This document shows positions 44,177-54,255 of a stretch of DNA of 62,503 bases, piece by piece; the first letter of the stretch is position 1; every line of letters starts with the position of its first letter. Position numbers and translations under genes: made by a program. The stretch is from a virus (lineage: Duplodnaviria > Caudoviricetes). Under the pieces are notes generated by a model. It ran no database searches. It was not told where the DNA came from and saw nothing but the letters and a program-made list of their open reading frames with translations. Location of the stretch: IMG/VR virus record IMGVR_UViG_3300027834_000006, positions 1 to 62,503 of that record; one strand, given 5' to 3'.

Positions 44177-44739
44177 TGAAAAACCAAAATAAGATAAAGA
44201 AAATATTGGCTGATTCAAGAGCCGCTAGCGATGAACTGAATAGGGTTTTGTCTCTAGGCGTCGTCAAGATAACCACTGAGCTGGATCATGACGTAATCCC
44301 CTGGAATCCTGATATTTCCAGGGTTTTTGACTATTGGCAGAAGGCGGGTATAATCAAGCATCGGACCATAGAAAAGGTTGAGTCAAAAATCAGAGCTGCA
44401 CTGAAAGTATATCCGGTCGATGAGATTACGGAAGCAATCGACAATTACAAAAAAGTTCTTGACTCTAATGAACATTTCTTCAATTATAGATGGGGACTGG
44501 GCGATTTTCTGGTTAGGGGACTGGAAAAATTTCATACCGAAAATGATCCATTCAGTAATTATTCGGCATTTCCAGGCAAAAATAAGATCCAAACGAATAC
44601 GACCACCGAGAGTGATAGTTCTGCTTCTCCAGAATTCAAGGAAAAATGGGCAAACTGGAAAAAATCCACTCCAGATGAACGAAAAATCCTGGAAATGGAA
44701 TGGAGAAAGAAGCTTGAGCGAGACGTTGAAAGCAATTAG
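44176..44739 (+). CDS. putative replication initiator / helicase-loader-like protein
   Basis: VFDYW...I...LK.Y..DEI.EAIDNY resembles phage replisome organizer C-termini; directly before the helicase. Confidence 0.5.
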   Translation: MKNQNKIKKILADSRAASDELNRVLSLGVVKITTELDHDVIPWNPDISRVFDYWQKAGIIKHRTIEKVESKIRAALKVYPVDEITEAIDNYKKVLDSNEHFFNYRWGLGDFLVRGLEKFHTENDPFSNYSAFPGKNKIQTNTTTESDSSASPEFKEKWANWKKSTPDERKILEMEWRKKLERDVESN

Positions 44740-44760
44740 CGAAAGAGCCAGGGAGACTTT

Positions 44761-45543
44761 ATGGAATCTGCGGAATTATCAACAAAAGTAGTTACAAATC
44801 TGGATAAGGTTGAACTGCTTGAAGCGGAAGAACTGAGAAGAGGGTACAAAGAATATAAAATACGCACCGGTTTTGAATCATTGGACGAGTGTACCGATGG
44901 TCTGGTGGCCGGAGAACTGGTGGTTGTTAGCGGAGCAACCAAGTCCGGCAAGAGCTTGTTCATGAAAACCATTATATCTAATCTATGCAAGACTGGAATC
45001 CCGCCACTGGTTTTTGAATGGGAAGAGATTAATAGATATTTTTTAGATTCTTTTCCCAACAGAAGCAAAGATATGTTGTTTTACATGCCTGAAAAGATGG
45101 TGGCCTATGAAGTTGACTGGGTTGTTAAGACCATCTTAAGGGCTAAGAGGGAGATGCACATCAGATGCGTGATGCTCGATCATGGAATGTTTATGGCTCA
45201 TCTGAACGCACAAAGAAATCCATCACTGGCTATAGGCGATCTTGTTAGTAGATTAAAAACACTGGCAGTGGAAGAAGAGTTGATCATATTTTTTCTATGG
45301 CATTTCCAAAAGGCAAAAGTAGAGAGTGAAAACGATCTGGATTATGGGTTGCTGAGAGATAGTGGATTAATTGCTTGTTATTCCGATGCCGTATTTTTGA
45401 CGTACCGGATGGTGAAATCGGATGGCATTATCGAAAGCACAACGTCTTCGATCATGGTAAGCTTCACCAGAAGAACCGGTGTTTTCAGAAAAGTTATTCC
45501 AACCGAAAAAGATGGGTCTTTCCTCAAGGAGGTTGTTTTTTGA
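44761..45543 (+). CDS. DnaB-like (SF4) helicase motor domain lacking the N-terminal domain
   Basis: TGF.SLD..TDGL..GELVVVSG.TKSGKS, LDH, LK.LA.E and LRDSG.I...SD.V. Confidence 0.85.
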   Translation: MESAELSTKVVTNLDKVELLEAEELRRGYKEYKIRTGFESLDECTDGLVAGELVVVSGATKSGKSLFMKTIISNLCKTGIPPLVFEWEEINRYFLDSFPNRSKDMLFYMPEKMVAYEVDWVVKTILRAKREMHIRCVMLDHGMFMAHLNAQRNPSLAIGDLVSRLKTLAVEEELIIFFLWHFQKAKVESENDLDYGLLRDSGLIACYSDAVFLTYRMVKSDGIIESTTSSIMVSFTRRTGVFRKVIPTEKDGSFLKEVVF

Positions 45544-45690
45544 AACTTACCCATAGTAAACATTGCCCTTGCATAGATCGTCGATCCTGGGGCAACCTCG
45601 TAAGGCAGGATGGTTATTATGGGGGTAAACAAAACGGATATTTGTTGAAACAACTGATTTTTCACCAATAATAACAAAGGAGGTAGTAAC

Positions 45691-46374
45691 ATGAAATCGT
45701 ACAGAGGACATTTGGGGAAGATTAAAAATGCTAGCCAGGCGCACCAGTCATATTATAACGCAGCCGGGCAAAGAGTTCCGGGCACAACCACCATTACGGG
45801 TGTACTGGATAAACCCGCCTTACCGTACTGGGCCAATACGATTGGACTTCAGGGTATTGCAATCAGAGATTTTGTGGATTCTCTCGCCCAGATAGGCAAA
45901 TGCGGCCATTACTTGGTCGAGTGCTATTACAGGGGAACCAAGCCGGACCTGGGAACATATACCGGAGACCAGATTGAGCTTGCCAAAGTGTGTTTGAAGA
46001 AGTTTTTCGATTGGCAGGATGAAAACCATTTTGAACCACTTGAAATCGAACTTGATCTGGTTTCAGAACAGCACCAATACGGAGGCAGACTGGATTTGTA
46101 CGGAATCTTGCATGGCAAAAAAACACTGCTTGACATTAAAACCTCCAAGGCCATATACCCGGAACATTTCACGCAGGTTGCCGGAGGTTACAGAAGGCTC
46201 GCTCGTGAGAATGGCATGGAAGTTGAGGATGTGAGGATACTCAGGATAGGAAGGGACGACAAAGAGGGGTTTGAATGTCTGGGGATCAGTCCGGCCCTAA
46301 CCGAAGTCCATGATGAATTGTTTCTTTTGTGTCGGAAAATATATGAACTGAAGAAAAAAGTAAACAAGAAATAA
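45691..46374 (+). CDS. PD-(D/E)XK exonuclease
   Basis: VP..TTI.GVL.KP.L..WA, G...H..VE, E..L.S....YGG.LD, LLDIKTSK..Y and Q..GY. Confidence 0.8.
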   Translation: MKSYRGHLGKIKNASQAHQSYYNAAGQRVPGTTTITGVLDKPALPYWANTIGLQGIAIRDFVDSLAQIGKCGHYLVECYYRGTKPDLGTYTGDQIELAKVCLKKFFDWQDENHFEPLEIELDLVSEQHQYGGRLDLYGILHGKKTLLDIKTSKAIYPEHFTQVAGGYRRLARENGMEVEDVRILRIGRDDKEGFECLGISPALTEVHDELFLLCRKIYELKKKVNKK

Positions 46375-46387
46375 ACAGGGAGGACTT

Positions 46388-46567
46388 ATGGGTGAAATTT
46401 ATGTTGTTGTTACCGAAAACAATAAACCGTATTACGATGATGAGGGGCCTATGGTTTTTGAACAATATGTTAGAAATGCAGATCTTGAAAGAGCTAAGAA
46501 ATTTGCCAAAAAGATGGAGCCCGACTATGGCAAATGTCGCGTAGCACGGTTAGTGTTCGTGGACTAA
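46388..46567 (+). CDS. 59-aa hypothetical protein (not in ORF track)
   Basis: MGEIYVVVTENNKPYY...RVARLVFVD; GGGAGG RBS. Confidence 0.6.
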   Translation: MGEIYVVVTENNKPYYDDEGPMVFEQYVRNADLERAKKFAKKMEPDYGKCRVARLVFVD

Positions 46568-46604
46568 ACCCAAAAAAACATATCAGACAAAGGAGACTAT
46601 AACA

Positions 46605-47810
46605 ATGGATATTGTCAATGATGTTTCCGAATTTACATTGAGCCAAAAAAGAGCCGTGTTGTATTTTGAGAGTGGTTTGTTCACATCCGTGGAATCACCC
46701 GCTGCTATTTGGGCAATCATAAATTATGGCAAAGAACTATCTCTTACCGAAATGTATTCCCTGCAAAACATAACCATCATAGAGGGGAAGTTCAGTGTTT
46801 CGGCCCAGGCGATGCTGGCATTGGGTATGATGAAAGGAGTGACATACGAGATCCTTGAGGAAAGCGTTAAGGGATGTAAGGTTGAGTTTAAGCGTGGAGA
46901 CAGAAAATACGTTGCAAGTTTTGACGAGGAGGATGCTCGCCGAGCTGGGTTATTGGATGTGCATTTGAAAGGGGACAAAAAAGGCCTGATGCGGAGGCCT
47001 GTATGGGGTAATTATCCCCTGGAAATGTACAGGTGGAGGGCCGTGACAAAAGGGCTGAGGGTTATCGCGCCGGATTGCGTGGCCGGGATGTATCCGCCCG
47101 AAGAGCTTAGGAGTATAGCTCGTGAAAAACCACAAGCCTTACCTGAGCAAACCAAAAAAGCACTGCCGGAAACTGCCAAAAAGCCCGCTCCGAAGTGTCA
47201 AGTGCGACACCAGGGGGATGCTTCCAAGGACCAGTTCGACAACATTGTGAGCGCACTGTCTTCGCTGGGGCTGTGGGGGCATAGCTCTCCGATCAAAAGC
47301 TATTTCGCGGACTATTCTTTTATGCTTAAGAAAGAAGATGAATTCGAAGACATGACAGAAGGCAGTGTGAATAATTTTCTGACGAATTTTAACAAAAACA
47401 TATTGACATTTTTCAGTGAACCATGCTACCATAAGGAATTGATCGACTATTTTACGGCAAGCAACGCGAGCGTGCAGGATAAATTATTGAATGCTGTGGA
47501 GGGGCTGGTTGAGAAAGTAATTAAGGTGCCCGAGCTGATTGATGCTGAAGAGGCACGGGCATATTTTGCACTTTACCTTGACGCTCTTCTTTCCGAAACA
47601 CAGGGCGATCAACAAACAAAACCGGAGGATAAAAATGAAAGTGAGGAAACAACACCCGACAACCAACAGAGTGGGGACACCGGGCCAAAAGACGAGAAGA
47701 AAGGGGTGACAGTAGAAGACGTTAAGGATGCTTTTGGCGTTGAAGGACTGGAACCATCTATGGTTAGCAAGAAAAATGATAGCAACACATCAGACGAAGA
47801 CTTTTTCTAA
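46605..47810 (+). CDS. RecT/Red-beta-like ssDNA annealing protein
   Basis: I..G.EL.L..M.SLQNI.IIEGK, A.RAGL, W..YP..M..WRA....LR...PD...G.Y.PEE; acidic tail ending DEDFF. Confidence 0.75.
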   Translation: MDIVNDVSEFTLSQKRAVLYFESGLFTSVESPAAIWAIINYGKELSLTEMYSLQNITIIEGKFSVSAQAMLALGMMKGVTYEILEESVKGCKVEFKRGDRKYVASFDEEDARRAGLLDVHLKGDKKGLMRRPVWGNYPLEMYRWRAVTKGLRVIAPDCVAGMYPPEELRSIAREKPQALPEQTKKALPETAKKPAPKCQVRHQGDASKDQFDNIVSALSSLGLWGHSSPIKSYFADYSFMLKKEDEFEDMTEGSVNNFLTNFNKNILTFFSEPCYHKELIDYFTASNASVQDKLLNAVEGLVEKVIKVPELIDAEEARAYFALYLDALLSETQGDQQTKPEDKNESEETTPDNQQSGDTGPKDEKKGVTVEDVKDAFGVEGLEPSMVSKKNDSNTSDEDFF

Positions 47811-47826
47811 GAAAGGAGTATGAATT

Positions 47827-48042
47827 ATGGCATTAGTTACGATTGGAGCACTGTGGAAAAATGAGGATAAGAATGGCAAAACGTATCTATCGGGGAGGAT
47901 AAATGACGATCTGAAGATATACATTTTCAAAAACGGTCCCTCAAGAAATCCCAACGCGCCTCAATATACGATTTATGAGGCGGCAGATCATGGAAGTAGG
48001 AGCAAACCTAAAAGCGAAGAATCAAACGATCCCCCTTTTTAA
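47827..48042 (+). CDS. small DUF736-like OB-fold/SSB-like protein
   Basis: IGALWK..DKNG..YLSG.I...F.N....P.Y; C-terminal DPPF. Confidence 0.6.
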   Translation: MALVTIGALWKNEDKNGKTYLSGRINDDLKIYIFKNGPSRNPNAPQYTIYEAADHGSRSKPKSEESNDPPF

Positions 48043-48057
48043 CCGATGAAATGACGG

Positions 48058-48693
48058 TTGTTATCAGTGAAACCGAATAGAGGAGGCCATGCATTGAGTA
48101 GAAAACGTGCGAAGAAACGAACAAAAACAAGGGAAGTCGTTCATGCTCCCGACGTTGCCGCGGTAAATCATATTACTCCGATAAACGTGTCAACTCCAAT
48201 GAAAATGAACAGACTTATTTTCCAGCAAATGTCTGAGGAATTGAAAGCTGAATGTCTCAACTATTACACGGTAACGAAAATCTTAAACTCCACAAAAAAC
48301 ATAAAGGGATTCCCGAACTACGCTGAGACCAAAAGAAGGTTCTCCGATGGCAGTCTGAAGTCAGTTGAACCCCCAATAGGCAAAAAACAAATCGATGGTG
48401 GTTCAATAAAGGCAGTGATACGCTTGTCGTTGGTGGATGGTGAAAAACACGACTTGCTTTTTAATGGGCAAAAGTATGGAATGACTGATTCATTTGACGT
48501 GGAGGGGTTGTGGACCGTAGAATATTATTTCTATGAAACCCATGGACTTGAGGGTTTGGGGGATTTTGTAATTAACGAAAAATCATACAAGGTTTGTTTG
48601 CCCACGGTTGGGCCAAAGTCCGCAGACATGCTGCTTTTTCATCAGAAAAAGACAAATAACATTGTTATTGGTATATGCCGTGAAAACAAATGA
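48058..48693 (+). CDS. hypothetical protein
   Basis: Long ORF in the operon; GGAGG near 48082 suggests a start around 48094. Confidence 0.55.
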   Translation: MLSVKPNRGGHALSRKRAKKRTKTREVVHAPDVAAVNHITPINVSTPMKMNRLIFQQMSEELKAECLNYYTVTKILNSTKNIKGFPNYAETKRRFSDGSLKSVEPPIGKKQIDGGSIKAVIRLSLVDGEKHDLLFNGQKYGMTDSFDVEGLWTVEYYFYETHGLEGLGDFVINEKSYKVCLPTVGPKSADMLLFHQKKTNNIVIGICRENK

Positions 48694-49267
48694 GAACCAA
48701 GAAACCGACGAAGTATTGATGGCCCGGTTTTGCAAAGGTGATAAAGATGCATTCCGTGTGCTCTATGAACGCTATCAAAGAAAAATAATTAATCTTTTGT
48801 ATGAATTTACCAAAGAGAAACAACAGTCGGAAGATTTGTCTCAGGAAGTTTTTATCAGGATGATGTCACTCACCGATCGATACAAGGCGGAACTTGGCAA
48901 ATTTTCTGCTTGGTTGAATACAATAGCTAGGGGCGTAGGTTTAAATTATAAGAAAAAGATCAAGACCAGGAATAAGCATCTTAATGTACAGGCAAGAGTC
49001 TATTGGGAACAGATTGCATTTGGCAGGGTGTGGTCTCAAGATAGGATGAGCCGATACGGGGAGGCATGTGATTTATTGGACAGGGCTATTCTGTTGATGA
49101 CCCCGAATCAGGGTCGGATTTTCTTTATGAGACATAGATTAGACATGAACAACGAGGAGATCAGCGCCGCACTTAACATTTCAAATAGTGCGGTGCGCAA
49201 CAGGTTGAGACGTGCCAGGAAGAGAGCGGCGGAGTATCTAAAAGGGGTGAGAGAAGAGTTTGATTGA
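48680..49267 (+). CDS. ECF-type RNA polymerase sigma factor
   Basis: DEVLM....GD.DAF..LYERY, EDL.QEVF, F.AWL..IAR (region 2); EIS..LNIS..AV..RL.RAR (region 4). Confidence 0.88.
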   Translation: MKTNENQETDEVLMARFCKGDKDAFRVLYERYQRKIINLLYEFTKEKQQSEDLSQEVFIRMMSLTDRYKAELGKFSAWLNTIARGVGLNYKKKIKTRNKHLNVQARVYWEQIAFGRVWSQDRMSRYGEACDLLDRAILLMTPNQGRIFFMRHRLDMNNEEISAALNISNSAVRNRLRRARKRAAEYLKGVREEFD

Positions 49268-49315
49268 CGGTTACCATCGTCGTGAAACAAACTTCACGAA
49301 AGGAGGTATCAAATC

Positions 49316-49663
49316 ATGATAGAAGGAAAATTGGAAAGAATAATCTATGCGTTGGATCGTGGCATAAGCGATGAACTTGTGTGGCTGGTATCGGTGATCG
49401 CAGTGGCAGTGGTGGCAGTTCCTATGGTAATCCTGGTGTGTAGAGATATGATGAGAGCATTGGGTTTGCACAGAGACATCCCGCATAAATGGAGTGCCGC
49501 ATTCACGGTTTGTGCAATGTGGTCCGTGGCTTTTGTGTATTTCATAACGGGGAGTTTTATGCTGAAACCAATATTGGTTATTTTTGCGGTAGCTGTTGTG
49601 CTTTGCATGCTTTTATTGTCGAGAGCGGAAAGTGAGTATAAATTCACTGACAAAGGAGAATGA
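49316..49663 (+). CDS. three-TM membrane protein
   Basis: AAGGAGGT RBS; three hydrophobic helices; last gene of the plus arm. Confidence 0.6.
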   Translation: MIEGKLERIIYALDRGISDELVWLVSVIAVAVVAVPMVILVCRDMMRALGLHRDIPHKWSAAFTVCAMWSVAFVYFITGSFMLKPILVIFAVAVVLCMLLLSRAESEYKFTDKGE

Positions 49664-49685
49664 CGCAAATATCATCTCTTATGTG

Positions 49686-50153
49686 TTACCATCGTCTTTT
49701 GCCGCCGTCTGCTGTGTCAAGGTGGAATCCCCAGTCATATCGGTGAAACCCGGCGGGCCATGAATCCCTGAGATCATAATAGATCTCTTCGTGTAGTGTT
49801 TTTTGGGGGATTGCTTCCTTGACATCTACTGCCTCAAAATCAGTAGCACAGGGATAGTTCCTGCCCGGGCGGAACATATGACAAGAATCCCAGTTTACAG
49901 GCAATCCCAGATCTTTGTAAATCTGTTCGTGCCTGTCAGCGCAGCTCCAACCGCGGGAAAGGATGATCCTGATTGAATCCGTTTCGTGTCTCCCGTTTAA
50001 ACCCGCCCTGATCGTCTCTAGTGCCCACAATATCGGCATCATCCTGCTGATTATTGTTTCTATATTATACCGGTCATGAAACGGGCAATGCTTCCCGGTA
50101 CAATATATTTCATGTAGCTTGATGTGCGGAGTCAATAGCCGGTCTGAGTACAT
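49686..50153 (-). CDS. endolysin, peptidase M15 family
   Basis: TPH.KL.E..C, LE.IR, I.SRG, SCH...ATDF and Y..GFHLD Zn-ligand pattern. Confidence 0.75.
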   Translation of the reverse strand: MYSDRLLTPHIKLHEIYCTGKHCPFHDRYNIETIISRMMPILWALETIRAGLNGRHETDSIRIILSRGWSCADRHEQIYKDLGLPVNWDSCHMFRPGRNYPCATDFEAVDVKEAIPQKTLHEEIYYDLRDSWPAGFHRYDWGFHLDTADGGKRRW

Positions 50154-50163
50154 GGATTATGAC

Positions 50164-53100
50164 CTATTGATTTGGTGGTTTTAACAATTTGGTTGCCGGT
50201 TTTTTATTTGCTGATTGTTCTTTTTTGAATTGCTCTAAATCTTTCTTGTGTACCCGGTCGTCATGTTCTTTGTCCGCTTTTTCAATTTCTCTATGTAACA
50301 CACTGGCTTTCTTTTTGAATTCATCCATGAGACGTTTTGCGACTTCAGGCGTATATTTGTTGTCTCTTTTCAATTTATACATAACTTTTCTCACATCCTG
50401 CTGCATCATATATAATTGAGTTCTTTTGCGCTTGGATGATGGATCTCTTAAATAAGTAAAGGTAGCGGGTTTCATAATAGAAGACAGGACAAACCCAATA
50501 TCTTTCTGAAAATGTTTCCATGCTTCCTTCTGATCTTCTTTGTCGTCAATATACTCAAATACTCTCCAGATTTCTTTTGATATGTATTTCAATCTTTTAG
50601 CAGTTGATACCCCCGGGCTGTCTCCGGGAGTGTATATGTAATCATTTTTATCGTCTATGTTTCTTCCTAGATTGTAAGCTATCCTGTAAATAGGGTGAAT
50701 GTCCCATTTAAACGCATTTACTGCACCAATAAGCTTGTTATCTCCGTAATACATGGTCCTTGCTAATCGATTTAACTTGATTACATATTTTGGGATCATG
50801 GTCAGTGGGTTGGCAAACACCACAACACTTTCCTTGGTGCCTTCGTCCGTATCCACCGACTTGTAATATCGCCTTGCGAACTGATCTCTCTCATAACCCA
50901 GCATTTTGGTCATTACCACATCCATGCCACCCATAACTCCCGCCACGGTTGTCAACCCTCCACGAGCAATCAGCTTTTCCTGGGTAGTAAGATCTGCGTG
51001 CCTACCGGTCATGGTTTTGTATGGAACCTTAGCCATGTTTTTTGCCATAGAAGCATACAGCTTAGCCATAGTAATTTTGAATGTTCCGGTAAATAGAATC
51101 TTGTTCAGGTGCTTGGTGGTAGTCTTGGGAACATCTGCATAAGCTGAATGGAAAAAGGATGAGAGGTCAGCCGCTTCGCTAAGGGACATTTTCTTGCCAC
51201 GAGTCAAATAGCTGTTGCTCATTAGGCGTATAAGCGTATCGCCCATCCAGGCTGTTTCCCAGAGTACTTCATATACTGGTTTTACTATTGATTTGTTTCT
51301 TTTTGCCATACCAAGAAACATTTCACCCAGGGTGGTTTCCGAGTATGCCTCCATAAGATTTTTAGTGGTTTTCCACGGCAGGTCAAAGGGCTTAGAAGAT
51401 AACCCTTCACCCAGTATATCGTAATACTCTTTGGGTTTGGTCGCCATCAGCCTTATGGCGTGATAGAGGTCTCGTCCCACTCCGTATGGATTCAGACTAT
51501 CGTAACTTCTCAATGCTATATGCTGAAAGGTATCGTAATACGGGAGAAACAATGGTTTGGCAAATTGCCACATCTTTACCATAGAGAATGTCTTGCCTAT
51601 CCAGTTCTGGTGAGAAGTCTGGGCGTTCCAATTGTATATCCAATCCTTGAAAGCCGGATGTATGTAGGAGTCCGCAAAAAGAGGCGCCACCCTTCCATCT
51701 ATTCTGGAGAACCCGGCAGGTATGTTGGCCTTCTTCAGTCCTTTCATGGGAACCAGGAGACCTTCCGCACGCCCCGCGTTCTTTATGTCCAGCACGGCGA
51801 AATCTTTAGCCATTTTGCGGGAGTAACTTGCTATAACATCAAAGACATTTATCTTGTTCTTTTCTATGGCACCTGATTCTACTAGGTCGGCAATGGCTAT
51901 TGTTTTTCTCTTTTTTAAGTTTGCTAACCTAAGTGCTTTAGTTGCGGCACCCCGGTTTACCAATCCCTGCTCAAACCACATGCCATAGGGAATATGCACA
52001 TACTCCAATTTCCCCAGTCGATCAATGATCTCTTTATTTTCCTTTATGGTTTTTTTTAGTATTTCATGGACTTGTTTCACGTTCTTTGGATTGTATTTTG
52101 TTTCCTTCGGTAATCGGATTCCCAATTTAGCTAAATCATTTTTGGTGAACCTTGTTATACTGCCGTCCAGTATATCCTTTTGTGTTTTTTCCATGCGCAA
52201 TATGTCGTCTTCAAACTGAACAATCATATTGTTTTTGAAATCAGGGTTCGCACCCCGTTTTCTATATGCTTTTTGGCTATCTGCAAAAAACTTTTGCAAT
52301 CGCTTTACGGCTCCACCCAGTTTATCTTGGGTTTGCTGGGGAAGTTTAGCGAATTCACCCTTGGACAACTCCGCATTCAGAACGATGTCCGAGAGATCAT
52401 TGTGTGTGAATCTCTCGCTCTCTTTCGCAAGAGGTTTCTTTAATACTCGAATACCCGTCCTGCCTAATTTGCTTATATCCTTCATGACGCTATTGCCGTA
52501 TTCCTCTACGGTTTCCATCATGGAATATATATTGGATATCTTCCTTCCGGTTTCGGGCTTCTTCATGTCTTCCCATGGTTTGCGCACTCCCCACCATCTG
52601 GTTCGTAATCGCATTTCGCTTGCTGTTGGTTCCACGCCCTCTCTTTTGGCTGCTTTCTTCATGAACCATTTCTCTGCTCCACCAAACATGGAGCCCATAT
52701 ACTCACCACTGTCTTCAAGGGCTTGTTCCTCGGTGGATTTTTTGCCCCAATGCTCTTTGAGCCATTTGTCGGCGGCTTTTTCACCATGTTCTGATTTTAT
52801 TTTCCTATATGATTCCAGCGTTTTTTCCGTTACCTTGTATCCCCCTCCTTTGCTTACTGTGAAATCAACACCAGAAGTTTCCCTGATATCCTTTGACATT
52901 CTGTCTGTGACCTTTTTGTTCGTCCATAATTCCGGCCTCTCGGCGTCTGGACGTGGCTTGACGTATTCTCCCTGTCTTATCTTGCCTCCTTGTTTTTCCC
53001 AATCACGTATCCCCTGTTCATAAGATACTTCTTTTCGTGGCCCGCTTTCGGTGATTATGGTATCTTTCTTGGTGGGTGTGACAAGGGTTTTACCGGGGGG

Positions 53101-54255
53101 CTGCAATGTTTTGGGCGAAGTCTTTGCGGCTTTGAGACTCTCTACTTTTCCGGCGTACTCGGCTAGCTTGTCCTCCACACCTTTTTTCGAGAACTTGCTC
53201 AAAGGTATTTCCAGGGTAGATCTGTCTATGGGTTCATGAACATTAACGTAATCTTCCCATCCCTTTTTTTTGAGTATCTCTTCCCGCTCGATCACTCCTC
53301 CGAATTTTCCTCCCGCGTCCTCCACGATCTTCTTCATTTCCAGTTCGGTGAATTTAGTGCCCGGTACTTTCTCGGCTGCCTTGGTGACTTTGGGAGCACG
53401 TGAAATATTACGTCCCTTTAACTCCATTTTGGCCGGAACCTTGCCCATGGCATCCTTTGTTTGCTTAACTAAGTCGAGAATCTTTTCGCCTTCTGGAGGC
53501 AATTTTTCTTTGGATGCTTTTGTAATGATATCGTCTAAAGTCTTGGTGACCGTACTTTTTTTTCGCACCAAGGTTTCGAGAGGATATTTGAGGATCTTTT
53601 CAAGACGAGGGAACGACTTCAGTAGCATACCCCCGGCCTTAATACCTTTGCCGAATAGATAAAATTCTGCTGCTTTGCCAAGTTCGCCCAATACGTCCTC
53701 AAGCTTTGTCTCTGGAGTGCTGTCTTCCGGTATGGGTGATTTATATGGTACACCAAGAACATGTTCGGGAAGAGAAAATAGCCCCCCCGGTTTCTCTCCC
53801 GTGCTACGGTCTTCCGGCAGGGGTGTCTCCTGACTCTTACCTGGAATGATCGCTGGGAGATCCATGAACTTCTCGCGTTCCTCGGGGTATAGTAATTTGG
53901 TAAAGGGCGTCATCTCAAGGAATTCTTTTGTCCCTGGACCCGTCAATAGTTCTGTGGGGCTCGGTTGATACTGTAGCCCTTTCTCTAGGAGCTGTTCTTT
54001 GGACCCTGCTGCAATTTGTCTGGGAATATTGGCGAATGCCCCCCAGGGTCCAGGCTCCACAGTAGGCTCAGGTCTATGCTCCAAAACATCGTAAAGACTT
54101 TTTGTGGGTGTCTTCTTTTGTGCAACTTTTTTGCTTTCTTGTTTGACCACCGCTGTATGCTTTTGTGTAACTGGTTCTGAGGGGGCACCCTGTTTGGCCG
54201 TGGGTGTTCCCTCCATAACATCGAACAAGCTTTTGGACGATTTGTTATCTGGCAT
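50164..54255 (-). CDS. large internal virion / DNA ejection protein
   Basis: 1363 aa, helical and Lys-rich; last of the ejection cluster in podovirus gene order. Confidence 0.6.
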   Translation of the reverse strand: MPDNKSSKSLFDVMEGTPTAKQGAPSEPVTQKHTAVVKQESKKVAQKKTPTKSLYDVLEHRPEPTVEPGPWGAFANIPRQIAAGSKEQLLEKGLQYQPSPTELLTGPGTKEFLEMTPFTKLLYPEEREKFMDLPAIIPGKSQETPLPEDRSTGEKPGGLFSLPEHVLGVPYKSPIPEDSTPETKLEDVLGELGKAAEFYLFGKGIKAGGMLLKSFPRLEKILKYPLETLVRKKSTVTKTLDDIITKASKEKLPPEGEKILDLVKQTKDAMGKVPAKMELKGRNISRAPKVTKAAEKVPGTKFTELEMKKIVEDAGGKFGGVIEREEILKKKGWEDYVNVHEPIDRSTLEIPLSKFSKKGVEDKLAEYAGKVESLKAAKTSPKTLQPPGKTLVTPTKKDTIITESGPRKEVSYEQGIRDWEKQGGKIRQGEYVKPRPDAERPELWTNKKVTDRMSKDIRETSGVDFTVSKGGGYKVTEKTLESYRKIKSEHGEKAADKWLKEHWGKKSTEEQALEDSGEYMGSMFGGAEKWFMKKAAKREGVEPTASEMRLRTRWWGVRKPWEDMKKPETGRKISNIYSMMETVEEYGNSVMKDISKLGRTGIRVLKKPLAKESERFTHNDLSDIVLNAELSKGEFAKLPQQTQDKLGGAVKRLQKFFADSQKAYRKRGANPDFKNNMIVQFEDDILRMEKTQKDILDGSITRFTKNDLAKLGIRLPKETKYNPKNVKQVHEILKKTIKENKEIIDRLGKLEYVHIPYGMWFEQGLVNRGAATKALRLANLKKRKTIAIADLVESGAIEKNKINVFDVIASYSRKMAKDFAVLDIKNAGRAEGLLVPMKGLKKANIPAGFSRIDGRVAPLFADSYIHPAFKDWIYNWNAQTSHQNWIGKTFSMVKMWQFAKPLFLPYYDTFQHIALRSYDSLNPYGVGRDLYHAIRLMATKPKEYYDILGEGLSSKPFDLPWKTTKNLMEAYSETTLGEMFLGMAKRNKSIVKPVYEVLWETAWMGDTLIRLMSNSYLTRGKKMSLSEAADLSSFFHSAYADVPKTTTKHLNKILFTGTFKITMAKLYASMAKNMAKVPYKTMTGRHADLTTQEKLIARGGLTTVAGVMGGMDVVMTKMLGYERDQFARRYYKSVDTDEGTKESVVVFANPLTMIPKYVIKLNRLARTMYYGDNKLIGAVNAFKWDIHPIYRIAYNLGRNIDDKNDYIYTPGDSPGVSTAKRLKYISKEIWRVFEYIDDKEDQKEAWKHFQKDIGFVLSSIMKPATFTYLRDPSSKRKRTQLYMMQQDVRKVMYKLKRDNKYTPEVAKRLMDEFKKKASVLHREIEKADKEHDDRVHKKDLEQFKKEQSANKKPATKLLKPPNQ

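Noticed and set aside
52229-53023. 264-aa plus-strand ORF and similar long antisense ORFs (8096, 13508, 22618)
   Set aside because: They lie fully opposite well-supported genes and show no RBS or recognisable motifs.
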